From: Thermoplasmata archaeon
GTDB lineage: Archaea > Thermoplasmatota > Thermoplasmata > RBG-16-68-12 > JAGMCJ01
Direction: 5' to 3'
Length of the DNA: 64,000 nucleotides
Assembly: GCA_023136265.1 (NCBI GenBank)
Contig: JAGLRN010000069.1
Span: 8,680-72,679, forward strand
The position numbers and the translations under genes are program-made. This document shows positions 51,501-60,390 of the stretch, one piece after another (positions within the stretch are counted from its first letter, which is position 1; each line of letters opens with the position of its first letter). Below the pieces are notes generated by a model. That model saw only the letters and a program-made list of their open reading frames with translations. It did no database searches and was not told the origin of the DNA.

Positions 51501-52698
51501 TGATGGTGGGCGGTTGCGTGTCCACGATAAACCACCACGTGGCCGCAGCCGCGTTCTGAGGGCTCGACAGATCCCTCACCTCGACGCGGACGTCATGCAC
51601 CCCATCTGCGAGAGGGACCGCCGGCACATAGCTCACGTCCGTGGCGGTGACCGTCGCCTGAGCGGTGACGTCTATTGAATCGATATACAGGACGACGCTG
51701 CCAGCATCGATGCCCGAAGCGTCACTATAGCTCGCAGCGATCGTGGGTGTCGTATCACCGATGGAGGATTCGTTCACAGGCTGGAGGTCTGTGATTGAAG
51801 GTCCGAGCGTGTCCACGATGAACCACCAGGACACCGTTGCCTTGTTGTCGTTCGGGGTATCGTCCTGAACCTCCAGGTAGACGTTGTGGACTCCCTCGGA
51901 CAGTGCCACCGCCGGAGTGTAGGACACATCAGAGGCGGTTGCGGTCGCCTGGGAGGTGCGGTCAACTCCGTCAACGCGCAGCAGGACGCTACTCACATCT
52001 ATACCAGACGCGTCGCTGTACGACGCCCCTATGACAGGTGTGTTGTCGCTGACGGTCGATTGGTTGACGGGCTGGAGGTTTGATATCGTTGGCGGGACGA
52101 AGTCATCGCTCACGCCCGTTATGTTCACCAGATCGACATAGCAGCTCCTGAGCGGATTCATTGGGTACCACGTATTGTAGCACCCCAAAGCGGCATAGAC
52201 CTGTCCCGTTGGCCCGGACATGAACGCATTTGAGTGAGTGTACTCCAACCAGGTACCCGCCTGGTCGACCACGCCTACGACCGTGAAGTCCGGGTAGTCC
52301 TCGGGGTCATCGTTGCCCAGGTACGCAACGACTTCGATCATCTCGCCCACTGGGCCTTCGCTGTACAGTTGGAATTGGAGACCTGCGACAAGCCATGTAT
52401 TGGGAGGACCCTGTACGGTCCGCTCAATCCAAGCCGTGTTCATGTCAGGAAGAGGGAGCCCGTGGGACGTGAGCTTGACTGAGAAGGAGCCGTCAAAGGC
52501 ATACAAGCTAGATATCGCTATGTCGAAGTACGCGGGGTCCTGGTTCATGTCGGGAGACCAATCGCCGAATCCTGTCTCGAAGCTCTCCGTGATCAGTGCC
52601 GAGGCAACCATTGTAGCCTGATTGAAGGTCACGAGAATTAGCATAGCACACAGCAATGCTGAGAGTATTCTCCCAGCGTGTCCGTTTTCCGTTCTCAT
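48508..52698 (-). CDS. Giant surface protein: a signal peptide, an N-terminal beta domain, 7 tandem Ig-like domains (same family as in the 43731 gene), beta-sandwich repeats, a PKD domain, and a C-terminal TM followed by an acidic tail
   Basis: MRTENGHAGRILSALLCAMLILVTFNQATMVASA. Repeats beginning VPPTISNLQPVNQS, TLGPSITDLQPVNES, TQPPTITNLQPANGS and so on. The PKD domain is PIADAGDDVEIRKGDTILFDGSGSDDGPIGSGIVSYTWTF...YVVTLTVVDRAGNSDTDTVTITF. The C-terminus is FPWWVLILLVVIILMLLVVLFWRRRKEEEPEEQDEE. Confidence 0.75.
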   Translation of the reverse strand: MRTENGHAGRILSALLCAMLILVTFNQATMVASALITESFETGFGDWSPDMNQDPAYFDIAISSLYAFDGSFSVKLTSHGLPLPDMNTAWIERTVQGPPNTWLVAGLQFQLYSEGPVGEMIEVVAYLGNDDPEDYPDFTVVGVVDQAGTWLEYTHSNAFMSGPTGQVYAALGCYNTWYPMNPLRSCYVDLVNITGVSDDFVPPTISNLQPVNQSTVSDNTPVIGASYSDASGIDVSSVLLRVDGVDRTSQATATASDVSYTPAVALSEGVHNVYLEVQDDTPNDNKATVSWWFIVDTLGPSITDLQPVNESSIGDTTPTIAASYSDASGIDAGSVVLYIDSIDVTAQATVTATDVSYVPAVPLADGVHDVRVEVRDLSSPQNAAAATWWFIVDTQPPTITNLQPANGSFTSDATPIMGASYSDPSGIDTSSVALWVDAIDVTASATVTGTDITYVPMSPLSEGAHNVYLEVGDNSAPQNTAMETWSFTVDTQPPQIANMQPAHLSIVSDAMPAIGADYSDVSGIDVGSVFFQVDGINVTPSATVTASDITYVPGILLWDGIHSAYLEVKDNSAPQNLATEMWSFTVDATDPSIFNILPANQSTTGDSTPDISAMYSDDSGIDLASVLLELDGVDITAQATVGPNMVTYAPTIALSEGTHNIRLEVGDQAVPANVAVEIWSFTVDTQSPLISNLQPANESSVGETMPTIGASYIDLSGIDTASVTMRVDAVDVTHLATVTSGGITYVPSVPLSDGVHDVYLAVGDNSNPQNVAMKTWWFSVDIQPPEITNLQPADQATIGDTTPAISASYSDDTGIDVSSVVLRVDAVDVTAQATVTQTGVLYVPSTPLSDGAHDVFLSVADIDTRVTTESWSFIIDATPPTTSLAVLGINYTGGLGETYVSSLTSFRLTAEDPAGIEAIWYMYYSSGEPEPAYGQYTSEFWIPTSKSDGLTFIKYKSVDDYGNEEIPKTMEVYLDNTPPVSSISVEDPKHVDSGVTYMTSFTPVRFYKDDFVSTTTTTLYRVMKGATVEVDWTPYSTGTVLLSGDDGLREIQVKSIDVLDNEENAVVETVYLDNTPPSSSIVVGVPSHADSGVTFITSSTPISFSADDGAGSGAASTSYAIFKGGTAEVDWTQFISGSVSVSGDDGQREIRFRSMDNLGNEEVEVIEYVFLDETPPTSSVPGYDPVSTNYISSSLATIAITATDDGSDVGSISYGVDDPNCPSTYAGPLIAGAMSEGPHNIYYKSTDNVGNEEEINLIIVFLDTAPPIADAGDDVEIRKGDTILFDGSGSDDGPIGSGIVSYTWTFTYRGSTRTLSNATPSFTFEDRDVYVVTLTVVDRAGNSDTDTVTITFASQEVSGEFPWWVLILLVVIILMLLVVLFWRRRKEEEPEEQDEE
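50010..52100 (-). repeat. About 7 tandem coding repeats of roughly 300 nt (Ig-like domains of the same family) within the 48508 gene
   Basis: The same repeat family as 44100-47030. The antisense ORF 50140..51189 shows the same periodic motif (GLQVRD...). Confidence 0.65.
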
Positions 52699-52775
52699 CG
52701 TTTCGCCCCGCCTCTCCCCTGTTAAGCCAGCAGAATGACAGTCTGGATAATAACGGACTATTAAAGTGCATCGTA

Positions 52776-55700
52776 TTAGAAACTTTCCAAACTCTCTTGC
52801 TCTTCTGGCGGCTCTTCAGGCTCTTCGGCAGTCCCGCCTCTTCTCCTACTCAGAATCAACATGGCAAAGAGGACTACGATGGCGATTGCGACGATCAATG
52901 GTATGAGAATCCACAGCCAATTGAACTGCTCAACGGACTCAGTCGTGCCGAAGGCCTCATCCGAATCTGGAGATTCATTTCCCCGTTTGTCCACTGCGGT
53001 CACGACATAGTAGTATGTCTTCCCGTTCTCTAACGGGGTGTCCAGGAATGTGGTTGTGCTTACCGGATTGTCATTGACCAATGTCTTCGGTCCTCCTGAC
53101 GAGGTCATCCTGTAGATGTTGTAGCCCGCCAAATCGGTCAGAGGAGATCCGTCTGTGTTGTTGGCGGGAGCGGTCCAGTTTAGGGAGAGGGTGCCTTCCT
53201 CATCGCCGGTTGTCACAATCAAATCTGTTGGTGCTGAGGGGCTCAGGGTGTCTGGATTGATCTCAATGATGAAGACAGCCGTCATGGCGACGTTGCCTTC
53301 CGTGTCCTCAGCCCAGACGAAGTAGCTCACGGACCCAGTGGAGTCCTGAGCGGGAATCTGATAGGTGTGGTTGTCTCCCGAGAGGGTCATCGTGTGATTG
53401 TGAGATGAACCGCCAACGTCCGTGAAGTTGAGATTGACCAAACTGACCTGCAGGTTGTCGGTGACAACCGCCTCGATCTGTATCGAATCGAGTACTATCG
53501 TGCTTGTCACGGGAATGTGAGAAATCGTGGGCGGTGTAGTATCCTCCATGACGAACTCACCTGGTGTGGATGCCCAATTGCCGAAGACATCCGTTGCGGA
53601 GATCGTGAGGCTGAACGTTCCCACATCCGAATAGCTACGATTGTGGTAGTATCGCCCCGCCAAAGAGTCGTAGTACATGGAGTAGTTGCCCACTCCGGTT
53701 ACGTCAATCCAGACGCCTTCAACACCACTAACATCCTCCACAACGGCGGATACGTTCACATAGCCGTGGACTTCCTGTGGGGAAGGATTGATGCGAACGT
53801 CGGAAATCGAGGGAGGAGTGAACAGGTGTGTGACGTTGAGACATGCCTCGCTGGAGGGGATGGACTCAATCGATGAGTCCTTTGCCGTGATGACATAGCA
53901 GTAGTCGCCGTTCGGGCCCAGACTTGGGTCGACAAAGGAAGTCCGAGGTGCTACTTCATCGATAAGCTGGTAGGGGCCTCCGCTCACAGAGGACCTGTAC
54001 ACGGCGTAGCCTTGGAGGTCAATCTCCTCGTTTGCCTTCCATGTGAGGGTTATGTTGGAATCTTGATTGAGAAAAGCGCGCAGTCCAAGGGGTCTGTCCG
54101 TCACAGTGTCAAAGAGCGAATAGACTTCCATGAACGACCAGAAGTTGTTGATTCCGCCTGGCATCTGCACCCAACCCTCAAAGCGGGTTTCATTGTAGAT
54201 CTCTATCGTCTCATATCGTAGGACTGGGATCAGAGGGACCTTCTCCGAGATGATTCCCAGCGCTTTCTTCACATGGGCAGCCCTCTCGGTCACGTTCAGG
54301 GCGTCATCTGCTTCCTGAAGAGCGAGGGACAGCTCCGCGTCGGCAAAGTTCACAATCTCCGCTATCGAGGAGATTCCACTCGGGTCCAAGGAGAGATGTC
54401 CAACGCCAAGATAGATATCGTGGTCTGCGGGATCAGCAGAGGAGTCAAGAACAGCGCTTGCGTTGAGTCCAGCCCACCATAGTCCCCCGGCCAACACTTG
54501 GGCTACAGTGGCTTTCAGAAGGTCGACCGCAAGCGACGGCCCCAAAACAGAGAGGGAGAGATTCTGTCCGTCAGGCTTCTCCCGCCAACCGTCGTCATCC
54601 ACATCGAAGTAGCCCGAAGCTTCCAGATGAGCTACTGCTGGGTATATGTTAGTGGCTTGCCAGCCATCTATGAAAGTATATCCGGCATTGAACTCCCGAA
54701 GGCTCGAATTGTACCAAGGGATGTTCCTGTTAGACATCACCGAATGCGCCATCCCCGAGAAGGGCTCAATCATCTCGAGCAGTTCCTTGTTCATCAACTT
54801 CGATATCGACAGCCTGAGATTGAGATCGTCGAGTGAGTTGCTCGCCTTGGGATTGAGACCGAAGTAGAGGTAATCCAGTCCCGGTGTAATCCTGACTGCT
54901 GCCTCCTCCAAAAGAAGAAGCATTCTTCCACCGATCCTGGGATCCGTGAGGTCTTGGGGTTCGAGTTCCCAGCCGATGAAGTCGATTGTTCCGTTTATGA
55001 ACGCATTCGCAGCCTCGTTGATGCCTGAGACACGGATGAAGTCGACACCTCCGACCATAGGACCTTCGGTGAAGTAATCTCGATATACCTCGACTAGGGT
55101 GTGAGCTGGGCTGTAGGAAATGAGTTCGAATGGACCGCATCCCTCAACGGGATTGATGTCACCGCTCTTCACCAACGGCATCAGGAGGCCAGTGGTCATG
55201 AACCTCCCTCCGCCACCCGCAGAGAAGTCGAAGTATACCGACGTCGGGGAAATCACCGTGACATCGTATCCTCCGTAGAACTCCTCGAATGTGTATCTGA
55301 CATCGTCTGCAGTGACCGGAGAACCATCGTGCCACTTGGCCTCCGGTCTGAGTGCGACGGTTATGAGACCTGACACATCGTCTGCTGACCAACTGCTGGC
55401 CACCCACGGAACGATCTCAAGAGTGTTCTGATCTCTCCTTCCGAGTGAGTCGTAGAGAAGGTCGATGATTCTCTTGCTTGTAGGATTCGAGGCCAACCGT
55501 GGGTCGGGTTCAACGTCCTCCATCACCGCGACCTTCATGACTTCTGGCGATTCTTCCAAAGGTATCTCTTCACCAGGGGGCGGTGGGTCGACGTACAGAA
55601 CAAGATGCGGTGCTTGTGAATCAAGGGGATGTGTAATGGCGTTGACGCCATCTGAACCCTGGATGTAGTAATTCACTGAGGATTGGGAAATCGCGCTGCC

Positions 55701-57449
55701 TGGAATCATTCCTTCATAGACATGGCCGCCCAAGTTCACCATGGCTGTCGAGTTGTAGATGGTTGCCGACGCATTCTTGTAGAAGAGATTCACACTCGAT
55801 ATCGCTTGGTCATCTGAAACCAGGACAGTCACAGTGATGTTCTCACCAGTGTGAGCCTCCACTGGCTTGTGAGTGATTTTCGGGAACCCGAAGGGTTGGA
55901 TTTCGATTTCAAAGGGGTTCGAAGCTGGGACAGTCCCAGGAAGAGTTGCGACGTTACCAGAGCTGTCCTTTGCGCTCAGATAGTATTGAATGCTCAAGGG
56001 GAACTGCTGCGGTGGTATTGTGGCCACGTAGTTGTTCGATCGGTCGACCTGATTCATAAGCAACGCCAGATAGGAAGGGTCTCCAGGTCGCCGATACAAC
56101 AAGGAGATGTTGCCCAGAGTGAAGTTCTCGTGGACACGCGCAGTTATCGGGATGGCATATCCTTCGCTGCTCATAGTCTCAGGCGTGTGGTATATCACGG
56201 GAGGGGTCTCGTCGGCAGTCACGAAGGACCACTGTCTCTGGGCTATGTTGCCAGCGTAGTCTCCGACCTCCAGAGTGACCTGATGAAGCCCGAATGGGAT
56301 GTCATAAAGAGGTGTGAAAATTACACGTCCCGAATAGTATCCATACTCGCCATCAGGGTCCTGGCTGAAATGCAGATGCACTTCGGTCATGTAGGTGACG
56401 TTCACGCCGTCGAGAAAGAGCTTGACAGTATCGCGGGAGAGTTCCCCGTCCGAGTCGCTGAAGAAGGCGTATATGAGCGGCCTGAGGTCCTCTACAGGCG
56501 GTGGGGATTCTGGGGACACCTCATCGATCTCTGGCGCCGACCTATCGAGTTTGAGCGACACTCGAACATAGGTCACGTGCGGACTGGACGCATACCCCAG
56601 ATAGAGACCAGCATAATACCAGTTGTCCATTGTTGCGCCTGAAAAATCCCACTCGAGGTCGAAACTGGCAACCTGGAAGGACGGAACTGTTCCGGTCGGG
56701 ATGTTGGTGGCTCTGAGCCAACCGGTTCCGCTCTCTGCCACCGCGACCGTTAAATCGAAGTAGCCAGGATTTCCAGAAACCTCAAAGCCAGCGACTTTGA
56801 TGATGTAGGTCCCATTCTCGGGCTCAATGAGTTCGATTGACTCCGAGCTTGATGCCGTGGCAGAATATTCTATGAATTCACCGGCCTGGGCTATGCCGTC
56901 CAAGGGATTCCCATCCTTTCCATCCAGGAACAAGCCAAGATCTATGTCGGCCACACCAGCGCCGCCGACTGTTGAGACCCTCAGCTCCGGTGATGACGAA
57001 ATCGTCACCGTCCTATTGTAGGTCACGTTTGCTAGATAGTCTACGAAGGTCCCTCCGGGGTAGGGGTCATTATAGATTTCCTCATCGGGATAGTACGTCT
57101 CGTTGAGGAAGTACGTCTCCACAGTCATGTCGATGAAGGATTCGTTGCTCCATACACCGACGGCGATGGATCCGCTGAGGTCATTTGTGAATATCGTCAC
57201 GGGTCCCCCGCTCAGCTGGAAGTCTGCGGGGCTGCCACTCACTGGGGAGACAATCAGCGTCGATGTGAAGAAGCACAACGCTAGAACGCCCGCCCACACT
57301 CTTCTCAGGATTGCCAAATCCTCCACTCCAGATAGGTTCAACACTACAGCTGGTATTATTACTTTCGGCTCACATGAACTCGATGTTTGGAGGCTAGCTT
57401 TTCCAAGATGAAGTATGTGAATGCTCAATGAATCCTTATATATTACCAA
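52776..57449 (-). CDS. Giant surface protein containing an embedded family-5 solute-binding (OppA/DppA/NikA-like) domain, Ig-like/beta-sandwich repeats, an FN3 domain, and a C-terminal TM followed by an acidic tail
   Basis: The listed start is a TTG; the true start is uncertain (a signal-peptide-like AILRRVWAGVLALCFFTSTLIVSPVSG lies about 45 codons in). The SBP_bac_5-like region runs from about aa 640 to 1110 (RIIDLLYDSLGRRDQNTLEIVPWVASSWSADDVSGLITVALRPEAKWHDGSPVTADDVRYTFEEF...). The FN3 is SAPTDLIVTTGDEEGTLSLNWTAPAN...GYNIYRMTSSGGP...GKTYYYVVTAVDKRGNES. The C-terminus is WLWILIPLIVAIAIVVLFAMLILSRRRGGTAEEPEEPPEEQESLESF. Confidence 0.65.
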   Translation of the reverse strand: MVIYKDSLSIHILHLGKASLQTSSSCEPKVIIPAVVLNLSGVEDLAILRRVWAGVLALCFFTSTLIVSPVSGSPADFQLSGGPVTIFTNDLSGSIAVGVWSNESFIDMTVETYFLNETYYPDEEIYNDPYPGGTFVDYLANVTYNRTVTISSSPELRVSTVGGAGVADIDLGLFLDGKDGNPLDGIAQAGEFIEYSATASSSESIELIEPENGTYIIKVAGFEVSGNPGYFDLTVAVAESGTGWLRATNIPTGTVPSFQVASFDLEWDFSGATMDNWYYAGLYLGYASSPHVTYVRVSLKLDRSAPEIDEVSPESPPPVEDLRPLIYAFFSDSDGELSRDTVKLFLDGVNVTYMTEVHLHFSQDPDGEYGYYSGRVIFTPLYDIPFGLHQVTLEVGDYAGNIAQRQWSFVTADETPPVIYHTPETMSSEGYAIPITARVHENFTLGNISLLYRRPGDPSYLALLMNQVDRSNNYVATIPPQQFPLSIQYYLSAKDSSGNVATLPGTVPASNPFEIEIQPFGFPKITHKPVEAHTGENITVTVLVSDDQAISSVNLFYKNASATIYNSTAMVNLGGHVYEGMIPGSAISQSSVNYYIQGSDGVNAITHPLDSQAPHLVLYVDPPPPGEEIPLEESPEVMKVAVMEDVEPDPRLASNPTSKRIIDLLYDSLGRRDQNTLEIVPWVASSWSADDVSGLITVALRPEAKWHDGSPVTADDVRYTFEEFYGGYDVTVISPTSVYFDFSAGGGGRFMTTGLLMPLVKSGDINPVEGCGPFELISYSPAHTLVEVYRDYFTEGPMVGGVDFIRVSGINEAANAFINGTIDFIGWELEPQDLTDPRIGGRMLLLLEEAAVRITPGLDYLYFGLNPKASNSLDDLNLRLSISKLMNKELLEMIEPFSGMAHSVMSNRNIPWYNSSLREFNAGYTFIDGWQATNIYPAVAHLEASGYFDVDDDGWREKPDGQNLSLSVLGPSLAVDLLKATVAQVLAGGLWWAGLNASAVLDSSADPADHDIYLGVGHLSLDPSGISSIAEIVNFADAELSLALQEADDALNVTERAAHVKKALGIISEKVPLIPVLRYETIEIYNETRFEGWVQMPGGINNFWSFMEVYSLFDTVTDRPLGLRAFLNQDSNITLTWKANEEIDLQGYAVYRSSVSGGPYQLIDEVAPRTSFVDPSLGPNGDYCYVITAKDSSIESIPSSEACLNVTHLFTPPSISDVRINPSPQEVHGYVNVSAVVEDVSGVEGVWIDVTGVGNYSMYYDSLAGRYYHNRSYSDVGTFSLTISATDVFGNWASTPGEFVMEDTTPPTISHIPVTSTIVLDSIQIEAVVTDNLQVSLVNLNFTDVGGSSHNHTMTLSGDNHTYQIPAQDSTGSVSYFVWAEDTEGNVAMTAVFIIEINPDTLSPSAPTDLIVTTGDEEGTLSLNWTAPANNTDGSPLTDLAGYNIYRMTSSGGPKTLVNDNPVSTTTFLDTPLENGKTYYYVVTAVDKRGNESPDSDEAFGTTESVEQFNWLWILIPLIVAIAIVVLFAMLILSRRRGGTAEEPEEPPEEQESLESF
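57436..57443 (+). promoter_or_regulatory. TATA-like element (TTATATAT) about 90 nt upstream of the probable start of the 57529 gene, in a divergent intergenic region
   Basis: An AT-rich octamer in an otherwise GC-rich region. The downstream gene has a strong SD GAAGGAGTG just before the ATG at 57529. Confidence 0.3.
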
Positions 57450-57528
57450 TCAGATGAGAAACGAGGGAGAGGGTCGCTTGTCTGGAGGAGGAAGTGCAGG
57501 GGCCGATTCTTGTGCCAGAAGGAGTGCG

Positions 57529-59793
57529 GTTATGTCCGCTTTGATTCTCCTCATACTCATCCTGGCTTCGCAGTCTCCACAGCTGTCCTCGTCCTCAAGG
57601 GATCCCCGTCCGAATTGGGATGGCCCCATCAACGACGTCAACAACGCCCAATACGTCAACTTCACGAACCCCTCGTGGAACTGGACCGCGTGGTTCCACA
57701 ACGTCTCGTTCCCGCAGGGCTCGTGGGAAAAGATTGAGCTCACGTTGACGCTAATCAACCACGGCGACCCGTGGGACAGAGCCAACATCGTTGGGGTCAA
57801 CTCTGTCATCCTCCTGGAGATGACGACCAAGGAGAACGGCACGGTCCTCATCAATCCCGTCCAGACGTTCACGAAGGACGTTACGATATACGCGAACCTG
57901 TTCAACGAATCGGCATCGGTCTACTGGTCTGGAATGCCCAACTTCGACGGTGGCTGGAACTGCAGCCTCAGCTTCGCCTTCTATCCAGGAACGCCTCCGT
58001 TCGTCCTGCCAGAGATCGTGCCTGCCATATTCCATCGGCACTTGAGCGCGTCGAACACGACGAGCGTCAACGTTACGTTCCCGCCAGGCATAACGTCCGC
58101 CAAGGCTGTCCTCATCGAGAGGGGGGGCTCCGCCGAGGAGTTCTGGTTCGCGAACGTGCCGCCCACGGTGAGGGACTTCACGCTCGACGTGAACGGGACG
58201 AGGGTCTTCGACATCACGGGCTATCCGTTCTTGAACTCGGGTGCCTGCCTGAACCCGCCAAACTGCTGGACGCTCTACGAATGGAACGGCACTCCCCCGC
58301 CCGGGACGGGTCTGAGACCGCAGTTCGAGATCGACATCTCGCCCTACGTGTCACTGCTCAATGGAACCCAGCCCATCACGTTCAGCGTCGGGAACGGGGG
58401 GAACTACTGGAAGATCAGCCTCTCGTTCTTCATCTGGAGGAATCCCCGCCTGACGGCCTACATCCTGGACGCCTCCTCGTTCTACAGGAGCGCCACGAGC
58501 TCCGTGCAGTACCTCGAATCGAGCTCGACAGCCCATAGACCAGTGGCCAACGGGGTGGAGACCGTCGAGGTCGCTTACAAGGCATGGCTCAACGGCAGCT
58601 TCCCTGACGTTACCGCGCACTCCATCGCGACCGTCTCGCGGACGATCACTTCCTCGACCGTGACAGTCCACTTGGACGAGAAGGAGGAGATCTTCCACAA
58701 CGTCACGAGGGACGGGTCCGGCGCGGGCGATGTAACATACATCATCAGGCACTCCAACACGACGACCTCCTTGGGGAACGGGCAGGACTACGTCAGAATA
58801 GACAACCACTCTTCGTTCAACTTCATCGACGGCGACAACGGTGGGCGGGCCTCCGTTCAAACGCGGCTGTGGAGCGACTACAGCTATGGAGACTACACGA
58901 ATCTGGGGATCTCGTGGGAGCGCACGTCGCTGCTATGGCATAACCGTACGTCCTCGTTCGGCACGGGAGTTGACGAGCCGCAGTACCTGTATGAGGATTT
59001 GAGGGGGGCGGCGCATCCTTTCCCCGCCATACTCTTCGTCGAGCCCGCCCGCGACAGCGAGGTGGGCGACACGATGACCGTCTTCGACTTCGTCTTCGCG
59101 GATGACAACATTGTGAATGCTTCCCTCTCAATTGGTAATGCCACGTATGACATCTCTGGTGCACAGAGCTTCACGTGGAACTCCACGGCCGCGTACGGAC
59201 CCTATTTCACAGCGAACGCGAGCGCGACGAATGTCATCAACGTCACGAGTCACAACGAGCTCCCGCTCAGGGGAACGAAGTGGCGCTTCGCGATGAACTT
59301 CACGGTGGCGGACCTGGGATGGCACTTCATCTCGGTCCCGATCCCGCTGACCGACGACTCGGTCGAGAACGTCCTCTCCTCGATAGACGGCAAGTACAAC
59401 GCCCTGCGCTACTACGATGCATCGGACCCGGGCGACAGATGGAAGACCTATCACACCTTCAAGCCCTATCGGGACCTGTTGTCAATCGACTCACGAACGG
59501 GCTTCTGGATAAACATAACGGCACCCGCCAATCTCGATATCATCGGCCCACTCCCGAACGTCACGTCGATCCTCCTGCGCAAGGGTTGGAACATGGTGGG
59601 CTTTCCGTCTCTTGCTGATGGCTACACTGTCTCAGACCTGATGGCGGACACGGGCGCGATGAGTGTGGAGGGATACGCGGATGCACCGCCGTACCATTTG
59701 GCGGAGCTTCCGGGCAGCCATGTCATGAGACAGGGAGAGGGGTACTGGATCCAGCTTCCAGCGAACGCGGACTGGTTTGTCCCATCCGTCTAG
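57529..59793 (+). CDS. Secreted N-glycosylation-sequon-rich protein carrying the shared C-terminal module of about 150 aa
   Basis: Signal peptide MSALILLILILASQSPQLSSSS. More than 30 N-x-S/T sequons. The C-terminal GWHFISVPIPLTDDSVENVL...RYYDASDPGDRWKTYH...GFWINIT...LLRKGWNMVGFPS...GEGYWIQL is homologous to the C-termini of the 7759 and 60391 products. The listed ORF begins at 57421; the start at 57529 is preferred on the basis of the signal peptide and SD. Confidence 0.65.
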   Translation, partial: VMSALILLILILASQSPQLSSSSRDPRPNWDGPINDVNNAQYVNFTNPSWNWTAWFHNVSFPQGSWEKIELTLTLINHGDPWDRANIVGVNSVILLEMTTKENGTVLINPVQTFTKDVTIYANLFNESASVYWSGMPNFDGGWNCSLSFAFYPGTPPFVLPEIVPAIFHRHLSASNTTSVNVTFPPGITSAKAVLIERGGSAEEFWFANVPPTVRDFTLDVNGTRVFDITGYPFLNSGACLNPPNCWTLYEWNGTPPPGTGLRPQFEIDISPYVSLLNGTQPITFSVGNGGNYWKISLSFFIWRNPRLTAYILDASSFYRSATSSVQYLESSSTAHRPVANGVETVEVAYKAWLNGSFPDVTAHSIATVSRTITSSTVTVHLDEKEEIFHNVTRDGSGAGDVTYIIRHSNTTTSLGNGQDYVRIDNHSSFNFIDGDNGGRASVQTRLWSDYSYGDYTNLGISWERTSLLWHNRTSSFGTGVDEPQYLYEDLRGAAHPFPAILFVEPARDSEVGDTMTVFDFVFADDNIVNASLSIGNATYDISGAQSFTWNSTAAYGPYFTANASATNVINVTSHNELPLRGTKWRFAMNFTVADLGWHFISVPIPLTDDSVENVLSSIDGKYNALRYYDASDPGDRWKTYHTFKPYRDLLSIDSRTGFWINITAPANLDIIGPLPNVTSILLRKGWNMVGFPSLADGYTVSDLMADTGAMSVEGYADAPPYHLAELPGSHVMRQGEGYWIQLPANADWFVPSV

Positions 59794-59815
59794 CGTCTCA
59801 CTGCCCCTTCGCCGA

Positions 59816-60130
59816 TCAGAACATGTCCTTCAGCATCGTCTTCGAGTCCGTCACCTGCTTCTCTTCCACGGCGGCGCTGAGAAGGTACCTGTCCTTGACG
59901 AAACTGGTGGTCGGTCCGGAGATCACGTACTCGTACAGCCTCGCGGAGGGGTACACTGTCACCTTGTCATCCTCGAACACCGCCATCGTCTCGTGCGAAG
60001 AGAAGAGGTACACGTTCTCGTGCGTAATGAAATCCAGGTCATCGACCTTCCCGCCCTCCTTGTGCTTGTAGAACGTAACCCTGTCGACCCTAGCCCGCTC
60101 CATGAACTCTTCCTCGGTTATCTTAGCCAT
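59816..60130 (-). CDS. Hypothetical cytoplasmic protein (104 aa)
   Basis: Clean ORF with SD AAGGTGGA 6 nt upstream of the ATG. No recognisable motif. Confidence 0.45.
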   Translation of the reverse strand: MAKITEEEFMERARVDRVTFYKHKEGGKVDDLDFITHENVYLFSSHETMAVFEDDKVTVYPSARLYEYVISGPTTSFVKDRYLLSAAVEEKQVTDSKTMLKDMF

Positions 60131-60390
60131 CGGTTTTCCACCTTGCTCCCCAACGTCTCAAGCGGTAGATAATCCATTCGTTTATGGTGGTTTCTGCGGG
60201 TGCCGCTTCCCCGCTCTGCCCACCTCGGACGTCCTGTGGTCTGCCCATCCACCCAGCCAAAGGGTCCCGTCCATAACTATAAATGTCCGCGACAATTTGT
60301 GGCATTCAGCATCTGGCGGGGTCTTTCACCTGCGCTGGGGGGTCGAAGATGGAGCATAGTCGATGTTTGTCCGATGTGGGCATTGTTGTG

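Noticed and set aside
44100-52100. Possible CRISPR array or mobile element suggested by the many direct repeats
   Set aside because: The repeats are about 300 nt, divergent (protein-level conservation only) and in frame within giant ORFs. There are no short identical repeats with unique spacers, and no cas or transposase genes.
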